Origin: Candidatus Bathyarchaeia archaeon
Lineage (GTDB): Archaea > Thermoproteota > CALKCG01 > B24
Direction: 5' to 3'
Assembly (NCBI GenBank): GCA_038870975.1
Contig: JAVZJD010000001.1
Span: 800,001-864,000 of the forward strand
Length of the DNA stretch: 64,000 bases
This document shows positions 37,438 to 47,641 of this stretch, in pieces (positions within the stretch are counted from its first letter, which is position 1; each line of letters begins with the position of its first letter). The notes beneath the pieces were generated by a model. It made no database searches. It was not told the origin of the DNA and saw only the letters and a program-made list of their open reading frames with translations. The position numbers and the translations under genes were made by a program.

Positions 37438-40434
37438 ATGGTGGGAAAAGACTTGGTTGATGAAAAGCTTTTCAAGAAGCCAAGTTCGGAGTTTAAGGGA
37501 GTGCCCTTCTGGTCGATAAACGATAGGTTAGATCCAAGAGAGACTATGCGGCAAATAGCTCTTCTAGACGAGGGTGGATATGGAGGCGTCTTCTTCCACG
37601 CCAGGGAAGGGCTAGTGACACCATTCCTCGGTGAGGAATGGTTTAGAGCCTTTAGTGCCGCTGTTGATGAGGCTAAGAAGCGCGGCATGTATGTGTGGAT
37701 ATACGATGAGCTTAGGTGGCCCTCAGGCTTCGCAGGCGGGATTATTCCGGCTTTAAGTGCAAAGTATAGAGCTAAGGCTATTGTAATGATTCCCGGTGAA
37801 ATGGCTTATGGCGGTGAAGAAGTGATAGCCAATTTTAAGTGTAAACTGGATGACAGGCAGATACCCTGCGATTATACGCTTGCGAAGCCGGGTGAGGAAG
37901 AAGGTGGCCATCTATACCTCTCGTTTATAGTGTATGTTGCGCCGCCTGGTGAGGTATGGTATAGCGGCTTTAGTTACGTCGACCTGCTTAATCCAGAAGT
38001 CATCGAGAAGTTTCTGGAGGTTGCATATGCGCCGTACGTCAGCCGCTTCAAGGACGATATTGGAAAATGCATACCCGGAGTATTCACAGACGAGCCTAAC
38101 ATTGAAAGTAGCAGGCCTAGATTATTCGGCTTTCAAAATACAGTCCCGCCTAGAGGCTCGAGAATACCTGTGTCGGCTTTACCGTGGACTGACAACCTCG
38201 CCGAACGGTTTAAGGAGTTGAACGGCTATAGTATAGTGGATAGGCTGCCGGAGCTGTTCTTCGACGTTGGAGATTACATGAAAACCAGATATGACTTTTG
38301 GAAGACGGTAACCCTCCTATTTTTAGAGGCTTTTTCCAAGCAGATTTACGATTGGTGTGATAAGCATGGGTTGAAATTCACCGGCCACTACTTGGCTGAA
38401 GATTCTCTTCTAAGCCAGTTGACGTGCGCTGGAGCGGTAATGCCCCACTACGAGTATCAACATGTGCCTGGTATAGACCATCTAGGTATGCATGTCTGGG
38501 GTAGCCTATTAACCGCCAAACAGGTCTCAAGCGTTGCAAATCAGCTTGGGAAGGAGAGGGTTTTATGTGAAACATACGGTTGCACAGGGAATTATCCGTC
38601 TTTCGCCGATAGAAAGTGGATTGGAGATTGGCTTTACGCTATGGGTGTTAATCTGCTGAATCACCATTTAGTTCCATATTCTATGCTGGGTAGAAGGAAG
38701 AGAGATTATGGATTGAACTTCCACTGGAGTCAACCGTGGTGGAAATACAATAGAATCATAGAGGATTATTTCGCAAGGCTGAGCTATATGCTCTCTAGAG
38801 GTAAACGCATAGTTAACCTGCTGGTTATTCATCCCATTGAGAGTGCATGGGCGACGTTTTCACCCCTAAACCCGTCTAAAGTTAGAGAGCTGGATAAGCA
38901 TCTTACGAGCCTCCTCAGAACGTTACTCTCTATACATGTTGACTTCGACCTTGGAGACGAGGCTTTAATGGCGAAATATGGTTGTGTTAAGAATGGGAAA
39001 CTTCAGTTAGGCAAAATGGCTTACGATGTCGTTGTAATACCGCCAAGCGTAACCCTTGAGGAGACTACGGTCAAACTGCTGAAGTACTTCATCTCTTCCG
39101 GCGGCAAGCTCATAGCTATACAGCCCACGCCATTCCTCATAAATGGAAAACGAAGTGAAACTATCAGTGAAGTGTTGAACAAAGCCTACGTCGTCAGTAA
39201 AATCGACGAGAAATCTCTATCGGAGGCTCTTAAAGACCTGCCGAAACTGATAGAAGTAAAGGGCGATGATGGAAACGTCCTCTACCATTTAAGGCAGGAG
39301 GAGAGCGGCGTCCTCATACTATTCTTGGCTAACAGCAGTAGAGAAAAAGCCTACAACCTGAAGATATCTATCAAAGGCTTATATAATGTCGAAATGTGGG
39401 ATGCTATAAGCGGAGAAAAGACGTATTGGCCTTCAGAAGTCGAATTTGGAGAAACCGTCTGGAATGTTAGGCTTGAGCCAATTGGCTCAGCTCTCTTCGT
39501 CTTAAAGCCGGGAGAAAAACAGTCGACGCCTCAGTGTGAATGTAGAGTTAAAATATGCGAATCCTCCATAGGCGGTCCTTGGAAAATCAGAAGATTGAAC
39601 TTGAACACCCTCGTTTTAGACTACTGTAGGTATCGTGTTAGTGGAGCTTGGAGCGATCTCATGCCTGTTTGGAGGGCACACGACGCTATAGTGCGTAATG
39701 GGCTTGGCACGAGATTTACCGTGAGGTTTGAATTCGAATCTGACATAGACTTTAAAGATGGAAATGTATATCTTGTAGTTGAAAAGCCGGAGCGTTATAA
39801 GATCAACGTGAATGGTGTTGAAGTCTGCTTTAAATCGGATAAATATTGGATAGACTGGAACTTTCCAATGATAGATATATCAGGCATCGTTGGCAAAGGC
39901 TTAAACACCATTGAGCTAGAGGGGACTGTTGGCGTAGAACCAGAGCTGGAGAACATCTATCTACTCGGAGACTTCGCGGTTAGGGTCGGCGCTAGAGGCA
40001 CCTCAAGGATAATTGGAGAGCCATCACAGGTAGACCTCGGAGACCTGTGTCAAATCGGCTACCCATTCTACACAGGTGAGATGGAGCTGACTGCGAAAGT
40101 AGACCTTAACATACCAGAAAAAGCCAGGGTTGCTTTGCAGTTCGAAGGGTTGAACGCATCGCTAGCTGTAGCCTACGTGAACGGTAAAGAAGCCGGAAAA
40201 GTTATACTACCACCATACACGGTTGAGATTACAGACATAGTGAAGCCCGGAGAAAACGAGATAAAGATAGTATTGGTTGGAAGCCTGAGAAATGCTCTAG
40301 GTCCACTACACTACAAAGGTGGTGATCCGCCATTTATAGGCCCGGAAACATTCAGAGATGCTGTACACTGGACTGACGAATACGTGTTGAGACCCTTCGG
40401 TTTAAAATCCGCTAAAGTAATAATGTTCAAGTAA
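37438..40434 (+). CDS. Large glycoside hydrolase, GH106/GH2-like
   Basis: PFWSIN, GGVFFHAREGL, WIYDELRWPSG, FTDEP, PGIDHL, CETYG. Confidence 0.8.
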   Translation: MVGKDLVDEKLFKKPSSEFKGVPFWSINDRLDPRETMRQIALLDEGGYGGVFFHAREGLVTPFLGEEWFRAFSAAVDEAKKRGMYVWIYDELRWPSGFAGGIIPALSAKYRAKAIVMIPGEMAYGGEEVIANFKCKLDDRQIPCDYTLAKPGEEEGGHLYLSFIVYVAPPGEVWYSGFSYVDLLNPEVIEKFLEVAYAPYVSRFKDDIGKCIPGVFTDEPNIESSRPRLFGFQNTVPPRGSRIPVSALPWTDNLAERFKELNGYSIVDRLPELFFDVGDYMKTRYDFWKTVTLLFLEAFSKQIYDWCDKHGLKFTGHYLAEDSLLSQLTCAGAVMPHYEYQHVPGIDHLGMHVWGSLLTAKQVSSVANQLGKERVLCETYGCTGNYPSFADRKWIGDWLYAMGVNLLNHHLVPYSMLGRRKRDYGLNFHWSQPWWKYNRIIEDYFARLSYMLSRGKRIVNLLVIHPIESAWATFSPLNPSKVRELDKHLTSLLRTLLSIHVDFDLGDEALMAKYGCVKNGKLQLGKMAYDVVVIPPSVTLEETTVKLLKYFISSGGKLIAIQPTPFLINGKRSETISEVLNKAYVVSKIDEKSLSEALKDLPKLIEVKGDDGNVLYHLRQEESGVLILFLANSSREKAYNLKISIKGLYNVEMWDAISGEKTYWPSEVEFGETVWNVRLEPIGSALFVLKPGEKQSTPQCECRVKICESSIGGPWKIRRLNLNTLVLDYCRYRVSGAWSDLMPVWRAHDAIVRNGLGTRFTVRFEFESDIDFKDGNVYLVVEKPERYKINVNGVEVCFKSDKYWIDWNFPMIDISGIVGKGLNTIELEGTVGVEPELENIYLLGDFAVRVGARGTSRIIGEPSQVDLGDLCQIGYPFYTGEMELTAKVDLNIPEKARVALQFEGLNASLAVAYVNGKEAGKVILPPYTVEITDIVKPGENEIKIVLVGSLRNALGPLHYKGGDPPFIGPETFRDAVHWTDEYVLRPFGLKSAKVIMFK

Positions 40435-40574
40435 CAGCCTATTCTTCTATTCTCCTAGTTTTTTTCCATCCTAGCCTCTGGACATAATATTGCAGATTGT
40501 TAAAATACTGGATAAGAGCGGTTTTCTAGCCCATTAATTATAACGTCTTAGTCATTATTAGAATTGGATTCGCG

Positions 40575-40890
40575 TCCTTCGCAGAGATGGATCCACCGTA
40601 TACATGTAAGTGTTTTAAGAACCGCTAGAGATGGTAGGATGCTTCATATATCGTCATGCGGTTCTTATATGTTGTCTCCAGTTCTCTCTATATCCTGCCT
40701 TTTTCGTATACTCACCCTTAAGAGAGTATAGTTCGAAGGAGAAAGCATCTAAAGCCTCTGTAATATCTGATGAGAATAGCCTTTTATACCATAGGACATT
40801 TAAGGCATCAAAACTATAGCCTCAGGGATTAAAAGCTCTATCCCACCATTGACATAACAATCTCTAATCTCTAGAGTGACTTTATAGAAA
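40575..40890 (-). pseudogene. vapC: Frameshifted VapC/PIN-domain toxin pseudogene
   Basis: Frame-hopping translation gives LEIRDCYVNGGIELLIPE / ALNVLWYKRLFS..EALDAFSFELYSLKGEY / KNRMTIYEASY / SLAVLK / TYMYTVD, matching the PIN pattern TIYDASYxALA...TAD. Confidence 0.65.
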
Positions 40891-41455
40891 TGATGTAACT
40901 AATAGGAAATTTATGAATTTAAGGTTTAATTCTTCAACCTTCTTGAAGAATAGTCTTTTAGAATTAGAAAGTTCTTAAAAAGTAGAATAAAGCTTTTAAA
41001 TTGGTAGAGAAATAATTTAGAAACTGTAAAGTATGATCGGAAACATGCAAATGGAATGAATCTTAGGTGCTTTTTCCCTTCTCAATTCCATTGGCCCCCC
41101 TTGTAAATGGTGGAAAGTCGTGAACAACTTCTTCTCAGTTTTTAACCAAGTTTGAATAGAGCATGCGGTAAGAGAAGCTCGATGATAATCATTCATGTCA
41201 TCCATGGAAAGGAAAAGACTTAAACCCATCTTAATATGGGTTCCTAACATTACTTTGAAGAGCAGAGATAAACTTGGCTTCTCTATAAAGACGTAAGCTG
41301 ATTCTATTGTCGGAGTTGAGGAAAAGATGTAAAAGTAACTTCATAAAGCCGCACTTAAAACCCTATGCCTACACAGTTGTACAAGGCCAGAGAATAAAAT
41401 ACTATATGTATCATGGGAAAATCTATAGGAGCTCTCCCACGGTTTTGGACCACAG

Positions 41456-42790
41456 CTACCTATACAGTATGAGCACAGAATCCCCTGTAAACGGCGTTTT
41501 AAATGATCGCCATCCTCCTCCCAATACTGTACCAGCCGACATAATGCTACCGTCGACTGGATGCATCCACTCTACCTTCAATTCACCATCTACACTCCGC
41601 AAGTCAACCTCAACCTCTCCACCTGAAGGCAGATAGACGACGTAAACATAACCAGGCTTTGCTAGACAATACTTTGTTGAAGCTAGATCGGGCATAGGAA
41701 GCATCTCGACTAGGTTGAATCGTCTCGCTATCCTACGGGTGTTACCCATAGCTCTACGTATCTCCTCAGCATACGGGATATCATCCGCAGGTGTTAAACC
41801 AGCCCATGTAACAGTCTGATTGTTTAAACCGACTATTCGGTCCATGAAAAGGGGGTTATGTCCTCTAGTAAAGCTCTTCCAAACCCACTGTGGATTGCCC
41901 CCCTCACCCCATAAGTGGTCTGTGTCGTTTAAAACAACCTTCCTACCGTCATTCACAGGAGGGTCTTCACGGTATCCATACTCCGGGTTGGGAGATATCC
42001 AGTCGGCTGGACTGCTGAAAAGGTCAGCATTAGTTCCACTCCGTTCACCACCATATTGAAAAGTCATTCCTACTGGGTGTTGCTTAGGCATCTCAACCTC
42101 ATAAGATTTGACAAAGCGTATAAAGTAGTACTGCCACTCAGTCGAATAGTTGCCAGCTTCATTACATACTTCGTAGAGGACGTTGTCAAATTCGTTCACA
42201 GTATCTATAACCCTGCGGACATAGTCTTCCTGTAAGGTTAACACCCGCTTATTCTTGAGAGTATAGTAGTCTAACCGCCCACCGTCTACAGTATTCACAT
42301 TGTTATCTGGATGAAAAGGATGAAACTCCCAACCTTGAACGGTGAATTGAGCGCAATGTCCCTCAAAAAGCATAATAGATACGTAAATCCCTCTTTCAGC
42401 AGCCATTTCCACCCTGCTGCGTAGACGCTGAAAATACGATTCATCAAACACATGCAGGTTGAATTTAGGCTTCCCATCTCTCGCAAGACCAGGCCCAGTA
42501 CGTTTCCAAGGATGTGGTTGACTGAATGAAAACGGTCTAGCTAAGTTATAGCGGTATTTCGGCATCTCCCAACGCCACAATCGGATGAAATTATGGTTAT
42601 ATCTTTGGAGAAAATCTAGATAAGCGGAAAAGTCGAATGGGGAAGGTGGGTCGGTTATTCCCATATCCTGTAGATTATTCCACGTGTGAGAACCAGTCAG
42701 ATAGATGGCACGTTCATCATCGTCTGTAAAATAGCGGGGGTTCTTCAGATTTACGTGAAGAGAACCCTTTAAACACCCCACTTCTCCCAC
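41456..42790 (-). CDS. TIM-barrel glycoside-hydrolase-like protein (DUF6298-like) with C-terminal beta domain
   Basis: NPRYFTD..AIYLTGSHTW, YEVCNE, DTDHLWG, YVVYLPSGG. Confidence 0.7.
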   Translation of the reverse strand: MGEVGCLKGSLHVNLKNPRYFTDDDERAIYLTGSHTWNNLQDMGITDPPSPFDFSAYLDFLQRYNHNFIRLWRWEMPKYRYNLARPFSFSQPHPWKRTGPGLARDGKPKFNLHVFDESYFQRLRSRVEMAAERGIYVSIMLFEGHCAQFTVQGWEFHPFHPDNNVNTVDGGRLDYYTLKNKRVLTLQEDYVRRVIDTVNEFDNVLYEVCNEAGNYSTEWQYYFIRFVKSYEVEMPKQHPVGMTFQYGGERSGTNADLFSSPADWISPNPEYGYREDPPVNDGRKVVLNDTDHLWGEGGNPQWVWKSFTRGHNPLFMDRIVGLNNQTVTWAGLTPADDIPYAEEIRRAMGNTRRIARRFNLVEMLPMPDLASTKYCLAKPGYVYVVYLPSGGEVEVDLRSVDGELKVEWMHPVDGSIMSAGTVLGGGWRSFKTPFTGDSVLILYR

Positions 42791-42860
42791 CTACGTAAAG
42801 CATCTGTCAATGTTGAGGATTTAAAAATTATGCGATAGTGTAGTTCTCATACTTAAAACG

Positions 42861-44213
42861 TTATTTTGCTATTTCTTCAAGAATCCTCCCTTTTGTTTCA
42901 ACACCAAGTAAGACTACTGTAATAGCTCCTAGTAAATGGGCTACGGCAAACACTGTAAACGCTGCCGCCAGCCCTCCATAGGCATATAGAAGTGGTGTAG
43001 CTGTTGGTGCAACTACTCCAGCAAGACGACCTATGCTTGCGGCTATGCCTGACCCCGTCCCCCTGATACGAGTCGGATATAACTCTGGCGTATACGTATA
43101 TAGAGCCGACCAAGCACCTAAGTTGAAGAATGAGATAACAGTGCTCCAAAGGAGGATAAACGTCGGGTCTAAAGCCGTACTTAGTAAAATACTCCCCACA
43201 CCGGCTAAAGCGAGGTAAATAGTTGCAATGGGCTTTCTACCTACGCGGTCAAGCAAGAGCGCTGCACTGTAATAACCTGGAACTTGTGCTAGAGTAACTA
43301 TCATCGTCCATTCAATGGATTTAACCACGGTAAGCCCCATTTCTCTCACGTAGAATGTGGGAAGCCATATGAAAATCCCATGGTAGGTATATACCAAGAC
43401 AGCCCAAAGCATCCAAAGCAGAAGCGTCCTCTTCCAATAGAGAGAAGACCAAAGCTCTCTTATAGACTCCATAATACTGTACCTCCTGAAGCCGATGATC
43501 GATGGTTTTTCTTCAACGAAATCTTCTGGGATTAATCCATGTTTCTTAAGCAGGCTTACTGCTTCACGGACTCTCCCCTTAAGCTGTAAATACCTTAGTG
43601 ATTCTGGTGCGAAAAATACGACTAGATGTACTAAAAATAAAGGTATTAACGCCACTAGAAACGTCAGACGCCATCCAAAACTTGGAAATAGCACATAGGG
43701 GAAGATTAGGGAGAGCAATGCTCCATATACCCAAGAAGCTTCAATTAGACCTAAGAAGCGCCCCCTATATTTTGCTGGCACATATTCTGAAACGTAAACT
43801 CCTGGTTGTGGTAAAGCCCCTCCTAGCCCTATTCCCGCTAAAAAGCGTAAGAGAGCCATTGTTATAGGGTCTGATGCAATGGAATTGAGTGCTGTAAAAA
43901 CAGTCATAGTTAATATGGTGAAGAGAATAGTCCTCTTTCTACCTATACTATCAGCAAGAATACCGCAGGATAATGCGCCAATAAACATCCCTAGGTAGCC
44001 ACTACTTAAGAGAAGACCAGATGTAAGAGGTTGCGTCTCCAATCTAAACTCTTTAATTATCGGTGTTAGAACAGCTGCTATAAGCATAACATTCATACCT
44101 GTGAAGCAGTAAATGAGACTACCTAGGAGAAGTAGCCTATAGTGAAAGCGTGAAAGTGGTGCTTTTTCAAGTAGGTCTATCAGAGATTTCTTCTCCAATT
44201 TTTCACTCCTCAT
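42861..44213 (-). CDS. MFS transporter (12 TM, sugar/aromatic acid type)
   Basis: GILADSIGRK, PESLRYL, DRVGRK, ELYPTRIRGTG. Confidence 0.92.
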   Translation of the reverse strand: MRSEKLEKKSLIDLLEKAPLSRFHYRLLLLGSLIYCFTGMNVMLIAAVLTPIIKEFRLETQPLTSGLLLSSGYLGMFIGALSCGILADSIGRKRTILFTILTMTVFTALNSIASDPITMALLRFLAGIGLGGALPQPGVYVSEYVPAKYRGRFLGLIEASWVYGALLSLIFPYVLFPSFGWRLTFLVALIPLFLVHLVVFFAPESLRYLQLKGRVREAVSLLKKHGLIPEDFVEEKPSIIGFRRYSIMESIRELWSSLYWKRTLLLWMLWAVLVYTYHGIFIWLPTFYVREMGLTVVKSIEWTMIVTLAQVPGYYSAALLLDRVGRKPIATIYLALAGVGSILLSTALDPTFILLWSTVISFFNLGAWSALYTYTPELYPTRIRGTGSGIAASIGRLAGVVAPTATPLLYAYGGLAAAFTVFAVAHLLGAITVVLLGVETKGRILEEIAK

Positions 44214-44341
44214 GCGATTTGACTAATTTTCCTAAAACAGTCTTAAGATTGAAAGCTGGAATTTAAACTTATTAGGAAGCACATATCTAAATGGCTCTCC
44301 TAGTAGGCTTAAACGTGTAGTCGTTAGATGCCATATGAAAA

Positions 44342-44899
44342 CTAAAGTGTTAATGTTAGAGCAACTTTTTCAGCAATTAGATTTTTAACAGCCTCCCACT
44401 TTCCCTTTGAATAATCAACTTCGCTTTCAACAGTTTCCTCTGAAATCCCGTACATCTTCATAATCCTATCTGATCTGTCTTCCTCAAGCAGGTGCATGTC
44501 CACATGGTTACAGTAGCGTTCCATAAGATTATTCAATACCTCTTCAACTCTATCCCTCTCCTCACAGACAACTATGAAAACAACGTCGCATAAGCCTCTC
44601 TTAATGCCTAAGATATCGAGTGCCTCGTTTATCTGACGCTGAGTAGATGCTCTGACCAAAATCTCCATGGATAGGCTCTTAGCTATATTCAGTTTACAGT
44701 TGAAAGCCTCCAAAGCAGTTAAAACAGAGATAAGAATATGTTTAAAGCCAGCTACATTCTTAGCATCTAAAACCTGGATATTCAAACCGCCGAAATCTTC
44801 CCGGACCTTTCCAATCAGTAGCTCAGGATCTTCCACATAGACTCCTCTAACAGTTAAAACCCCAAGGTATAATCCATATCCTTTAAGTTCCACTATCAT
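44342..44899 (-). CDS. cgi121: KEOPS subunit Cgi121
   Basis: QVLDA..VAG..H, NIAKSLSMEILVRASTQRQI.EAL..LG. Confidence 0.85.
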   Translation of the reverse strand: MIVELKGYGLYLGVLTVRGVYVEDPELLIGKVREDFGGLNIQVLDAKNVAGFKHILISVLTALEAFNCKLNIAKSLSMEILVRASTQRQINEALDILGIKRGLCDVVFIVVCEERDRVEEVLNNLMERYCNHVDMHLLEEDRSDRIMKMYGISEETVESEVDYSKGKWEAVKNLIAEKVALTLTL

Positions 44900-45485
44900 G
44901 GAGAAACTCCTTCACTATCCTATTGACTATTTTCCGTTTAACACCAGCCTCCACAAGAATCCTCTTAACGTCCCTTAAACTTCCCCCTTCAGCCTTAACT
45001 TTCAACCAGATCTTCGTAGCAGACTCTCTAATCTCATGTGGAAATATTATCCAAGCCTCCGTTTCCCTAACGTAATAGTCGGGCTTCACAATAGACCAAG
45101 GCTTAAAATACAGACACGCTATCCTAGTCTCTGAAGCACCCATATCTTTAAGATGGTTTTTAACAAGCATTAGACTTTTACCTGTATCTGCCACGTCATC
45201 GACTAACAAGACTTTCCTACCAGCCACGGAAACCTGTATATCCTGCGTTATCGAAGGCTCATCTCTAGTCTTCCCAATGTCCAGGTAAAACTCAACCTTT
45301 ATACTCGTAATATTTGGATTATCTAAAAAATCGGATAGAAGCCTAGCTGGCACCCATCCTCCTCTAGCTATGCCGACGATTAAATCAGGTTTAAAACCTG
45401 AAGCTTTAATCATCGACGCTAAATCTATACACATCTCGTAAATCTCATCCCAACTTGGGGCCTCATAAGCCACCATTTTAACCAC
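44883..45485 (-). CDS. Purine phosphoribosyltransferase (type I PRTase)
   Basis: IARGG, VLLVDDVADTGKSL, WIIFPHE. Confidence 0.9.
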   Translation of the reverse strand: MVKMVAYEAPSWDEIYEMCIDLASMIKASGFKPDLIVGIARGGWVPARLLSDFLDNPNITSIKVEFYLDIGKTRDEPSITQDIQVSVAGRKVLLVDDVADTGKSLMLVKNHLKDMGASETRIACLYFKPWSIVKPDYYVRETEAWIIFPHEIRESATKIWLKVKAEGGSLRDVKRILVEAGVKRKIVNRIVKEFLHDSGT

Positions 45486-45537
45486 CAGCCGAGTGAGGCA
45501 GTTAAATTTACGCTCAAATAGTACGTGGAGCGTTAGA

Positions 45538-47310
45538 CTATTCTAAGCTTGCTCTAATTAAGTCTAACGCATCTGCAACAGTCTTAGTGACGTTGAAAAC
45601 CTTTGCAGCATACTTCTCGTAAACTTCTCTTCTACTTGCAAGCCTGTAAAGTCTATCCATGAATATTCTTCCACCTTCAGGATTTTTAGCATTAACAACT
45701 ATAAAGGAGTAGTATCTGAAGAAGTCGTCTCCAGGACTTTTCCTGAAACCACTCTCACTTATACGTTTAACAACATCCTTAAGTTGCTTCTCAGCAACTC
45801 TATCGCCTTCCGAAGCCCTCTTTCTAACGTAATTTAAAGTATAATCCCAAATCTCCTCAAAAACCCTTCTCTCCTCACTCCCCTCAGGGAATTCAGACAA
45901 CGTTTCAAAAAACTTAAGCTGATATACCGTAGACATTTTAAGCTTTAACCTACCTCCACATGCCTTTGAAATAGTTCGATACACCTCGACGCTCTTATCA
46001 CTACCGGAGTGGAAGTCTAAAATCGCATTGAAATGCTCAGCTATAGACGATAGCACTCTAACCCTACCCTCAAGTTCATCCAAAGAGCCCCCATAATCCT
46101 CCCTCTTACTGAAACCCACATTGGGGGCTACCAAGTCGACGGGCATACCCATCCTCCTACACTCAGAGAGACAGTAGAACAACTCTTTAGGGTCTGTAAG
46201 CTCAGGTGTTTCATCAAGTGAAAGCTCATAGCTGAAATCCCAATCAACCTTACGCTTGAAATACTCATACAATTCTCTAGACTTAAGTAGGCATAATCGG
46301 TATTTTAAAGCGATCCTCATAACTTCCTCCTCCGTAAATGATATTTCAACCGAATCCAATACATAGCGATGGTTTGGACGAATATTACGAAGTACTTCAA
46401 AGGCTTCTCCACCAAACTCCATCAGAAACCTCTCTTCAACTCTTTCAATAGGCCACTTCGATGGATCTACAAACTCGTACCTGATAAGATCAGAAGCGTC
46501 AATCGTAATACCTCTCACAAAACCCGTTTTAACAGCCTCATCGATCACTCTTCTATTGTAATCCATAGAGGCTTCCAACCCCTCCGTCTCGCCCCCCTCC
46601 ACCCGCTCTCCATGTGATATTATCCTAGCTAGAGCTCTACCAGGCTGTCTAACGATGATTAAATGGTCTATCTCAGTACCGTAATCGTCGAAACCAGCTT
46701 TAAAACACTCCAAAGCAATAGTGTTATATAGGGTTTCAGCATCCAGCCCAGTATGACCAAGCCACTCTGGATACAAGCCAGGTGGCGCATTTACGACCTC
46801 TTTAAGGGAAAACTCTCTACCCGCTGACAATTGGAAATCCGCTGAAACACCAATTTTTTTCAAAGTATTCAATAAGTGATTAAGGGTAAACAACATTCTA
46901 ACACCCAATCCTAGTCTAGGCTTTCTACCCAGGTTTTTCGGCCCAAATTCAGGTCTTTCTCTCAAAAGCCTCCTCAAATTGTCAACATTAAAATCGACTA
47001 TAGATACTAAGTAACCGTAAAATTCACCTACAATATTATCCTTGAAAACAGTAGGAGGCTCTACTCCGTTCTTCGCCAAATACAGTATTTTCTCAACTCC
47101 ACATAAATCAGTCACACAGCATAACGCATCGCCTTTAACTCTAATCGAGTCGACCATCAATTTAACTTTTTCAAAATTGCGGTTTATATGCTCTATTATC
47201 TCTCTCACTTCCACTGTTAGACCAGCCCTCAAAACCCCGGATGCATCGACAAGTCTACACAGTTCTTCCAATTCACTCTTGAGAGCATCCTCCACCAATT
47301 GACAAACCAA
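45538..47310 (-). CDS. uxaE: Tagaturonate/fructuronate epimerase (UxaE) family protein
   Basis: ELSLDETP..T.P.E, APNVGF.K..DY.G, DFHSGSDK motifs. Confidence 0.7.
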   Translation of the reverse strand: MVCQLVEDALKSELEELCRLVDASGVLRAGLTVEVREIIEHINRNFEKVKLMVDSIRVKGDALCCVTDLCGVEKILYLAKNGVEPPTVFKDNIVGEFYGYLVSIVDFNVDNLRRLLRERPEFGPKNLGRKPRLGLGVRMLFTLNHLLNTLKKIGVSADFQLSAGREFSLKEVVNAPPGLYPEWLGHTGLDAETLYNTIALECFKAGFDDYGTEIDHLIIVRQPGRALARIISHGERVEGGETEGLEASMDYNRRVIDEAVKTGFVRGITIDASDLIRYEFVDPSKWPIERVEERFLMEFGGEAFEVLRNIRPNHRYVLDSVEISFTEEEVMRIALKYRLCLLKSRELYEYFKRKVDWDFSYELSLDETPELTDPKELFYCLSECRRMGMPVDLVAPNVGFSKREDYGGSLDELEGRVRVLSSIAEHFNAILDFHSGSDKSVEVYRTISKACGGRLKLKMSTVYQLKFFETLSEFPEGSEERRVFEEIWDYTLNYVRKRASEGDRVAEKQLKDVVKRISESGFRKSPGDDFFRYYSFIVVNAKNPEGGRIFMDRLYRLASRREVYEKYAAKVFNVTKTVADALDLIRASLE

Positions 47311-47407
47311 TTAAAGAAAGCATTTACAACTACATTTAAGTTTAATTCCACACTTCTGCAAAGACAAACTCTTTTATAGTCCACATTCAAACCTTTAAAT
47401 TGAAAAT

Positions 47408-47486
47408 GGGGCCGTCGGCTAGTTTGGTCTAGGCTACGTGGCTCGGGCCCACGTGATCGCCGGTTCAAATCCGGCCGGCCCCACCA
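47408..47486 (+). tRNA. tRNA-Pro(CGG), intronless, CCA encoded
   Basis: GGGGCCG/CGGCCCC acceptor stem plus ACCA; anticodon arm CGTGG-CTCGGGC-CCACG; GGTTCAAATCC. Confidence 0.95.
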
Positions 47487-47641
47487 CTCTCTCATGATAA
47501 GAATCTCTTTTAAATCAAACAGTTCTCAAATGGGGGAAATATACTCGGCTTAATCTAACACCACTTAAATACGTCATAGTGGTGACCTATGTAGGTAACA
47601 TTTATATTATTTCTTAGACTTCTAATTTTCTGGTAAGTCCA

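Noticed and set aside
41017-41636. Short ORFs 41017-41250 and 41307-41636
   Set aside because: No recognisable motifs; the second overlaps a real gene on the opposite strand
47229-47495. 88-aa minus-strand ORF
   Set aside because: It is antisense to tRNA-Pro
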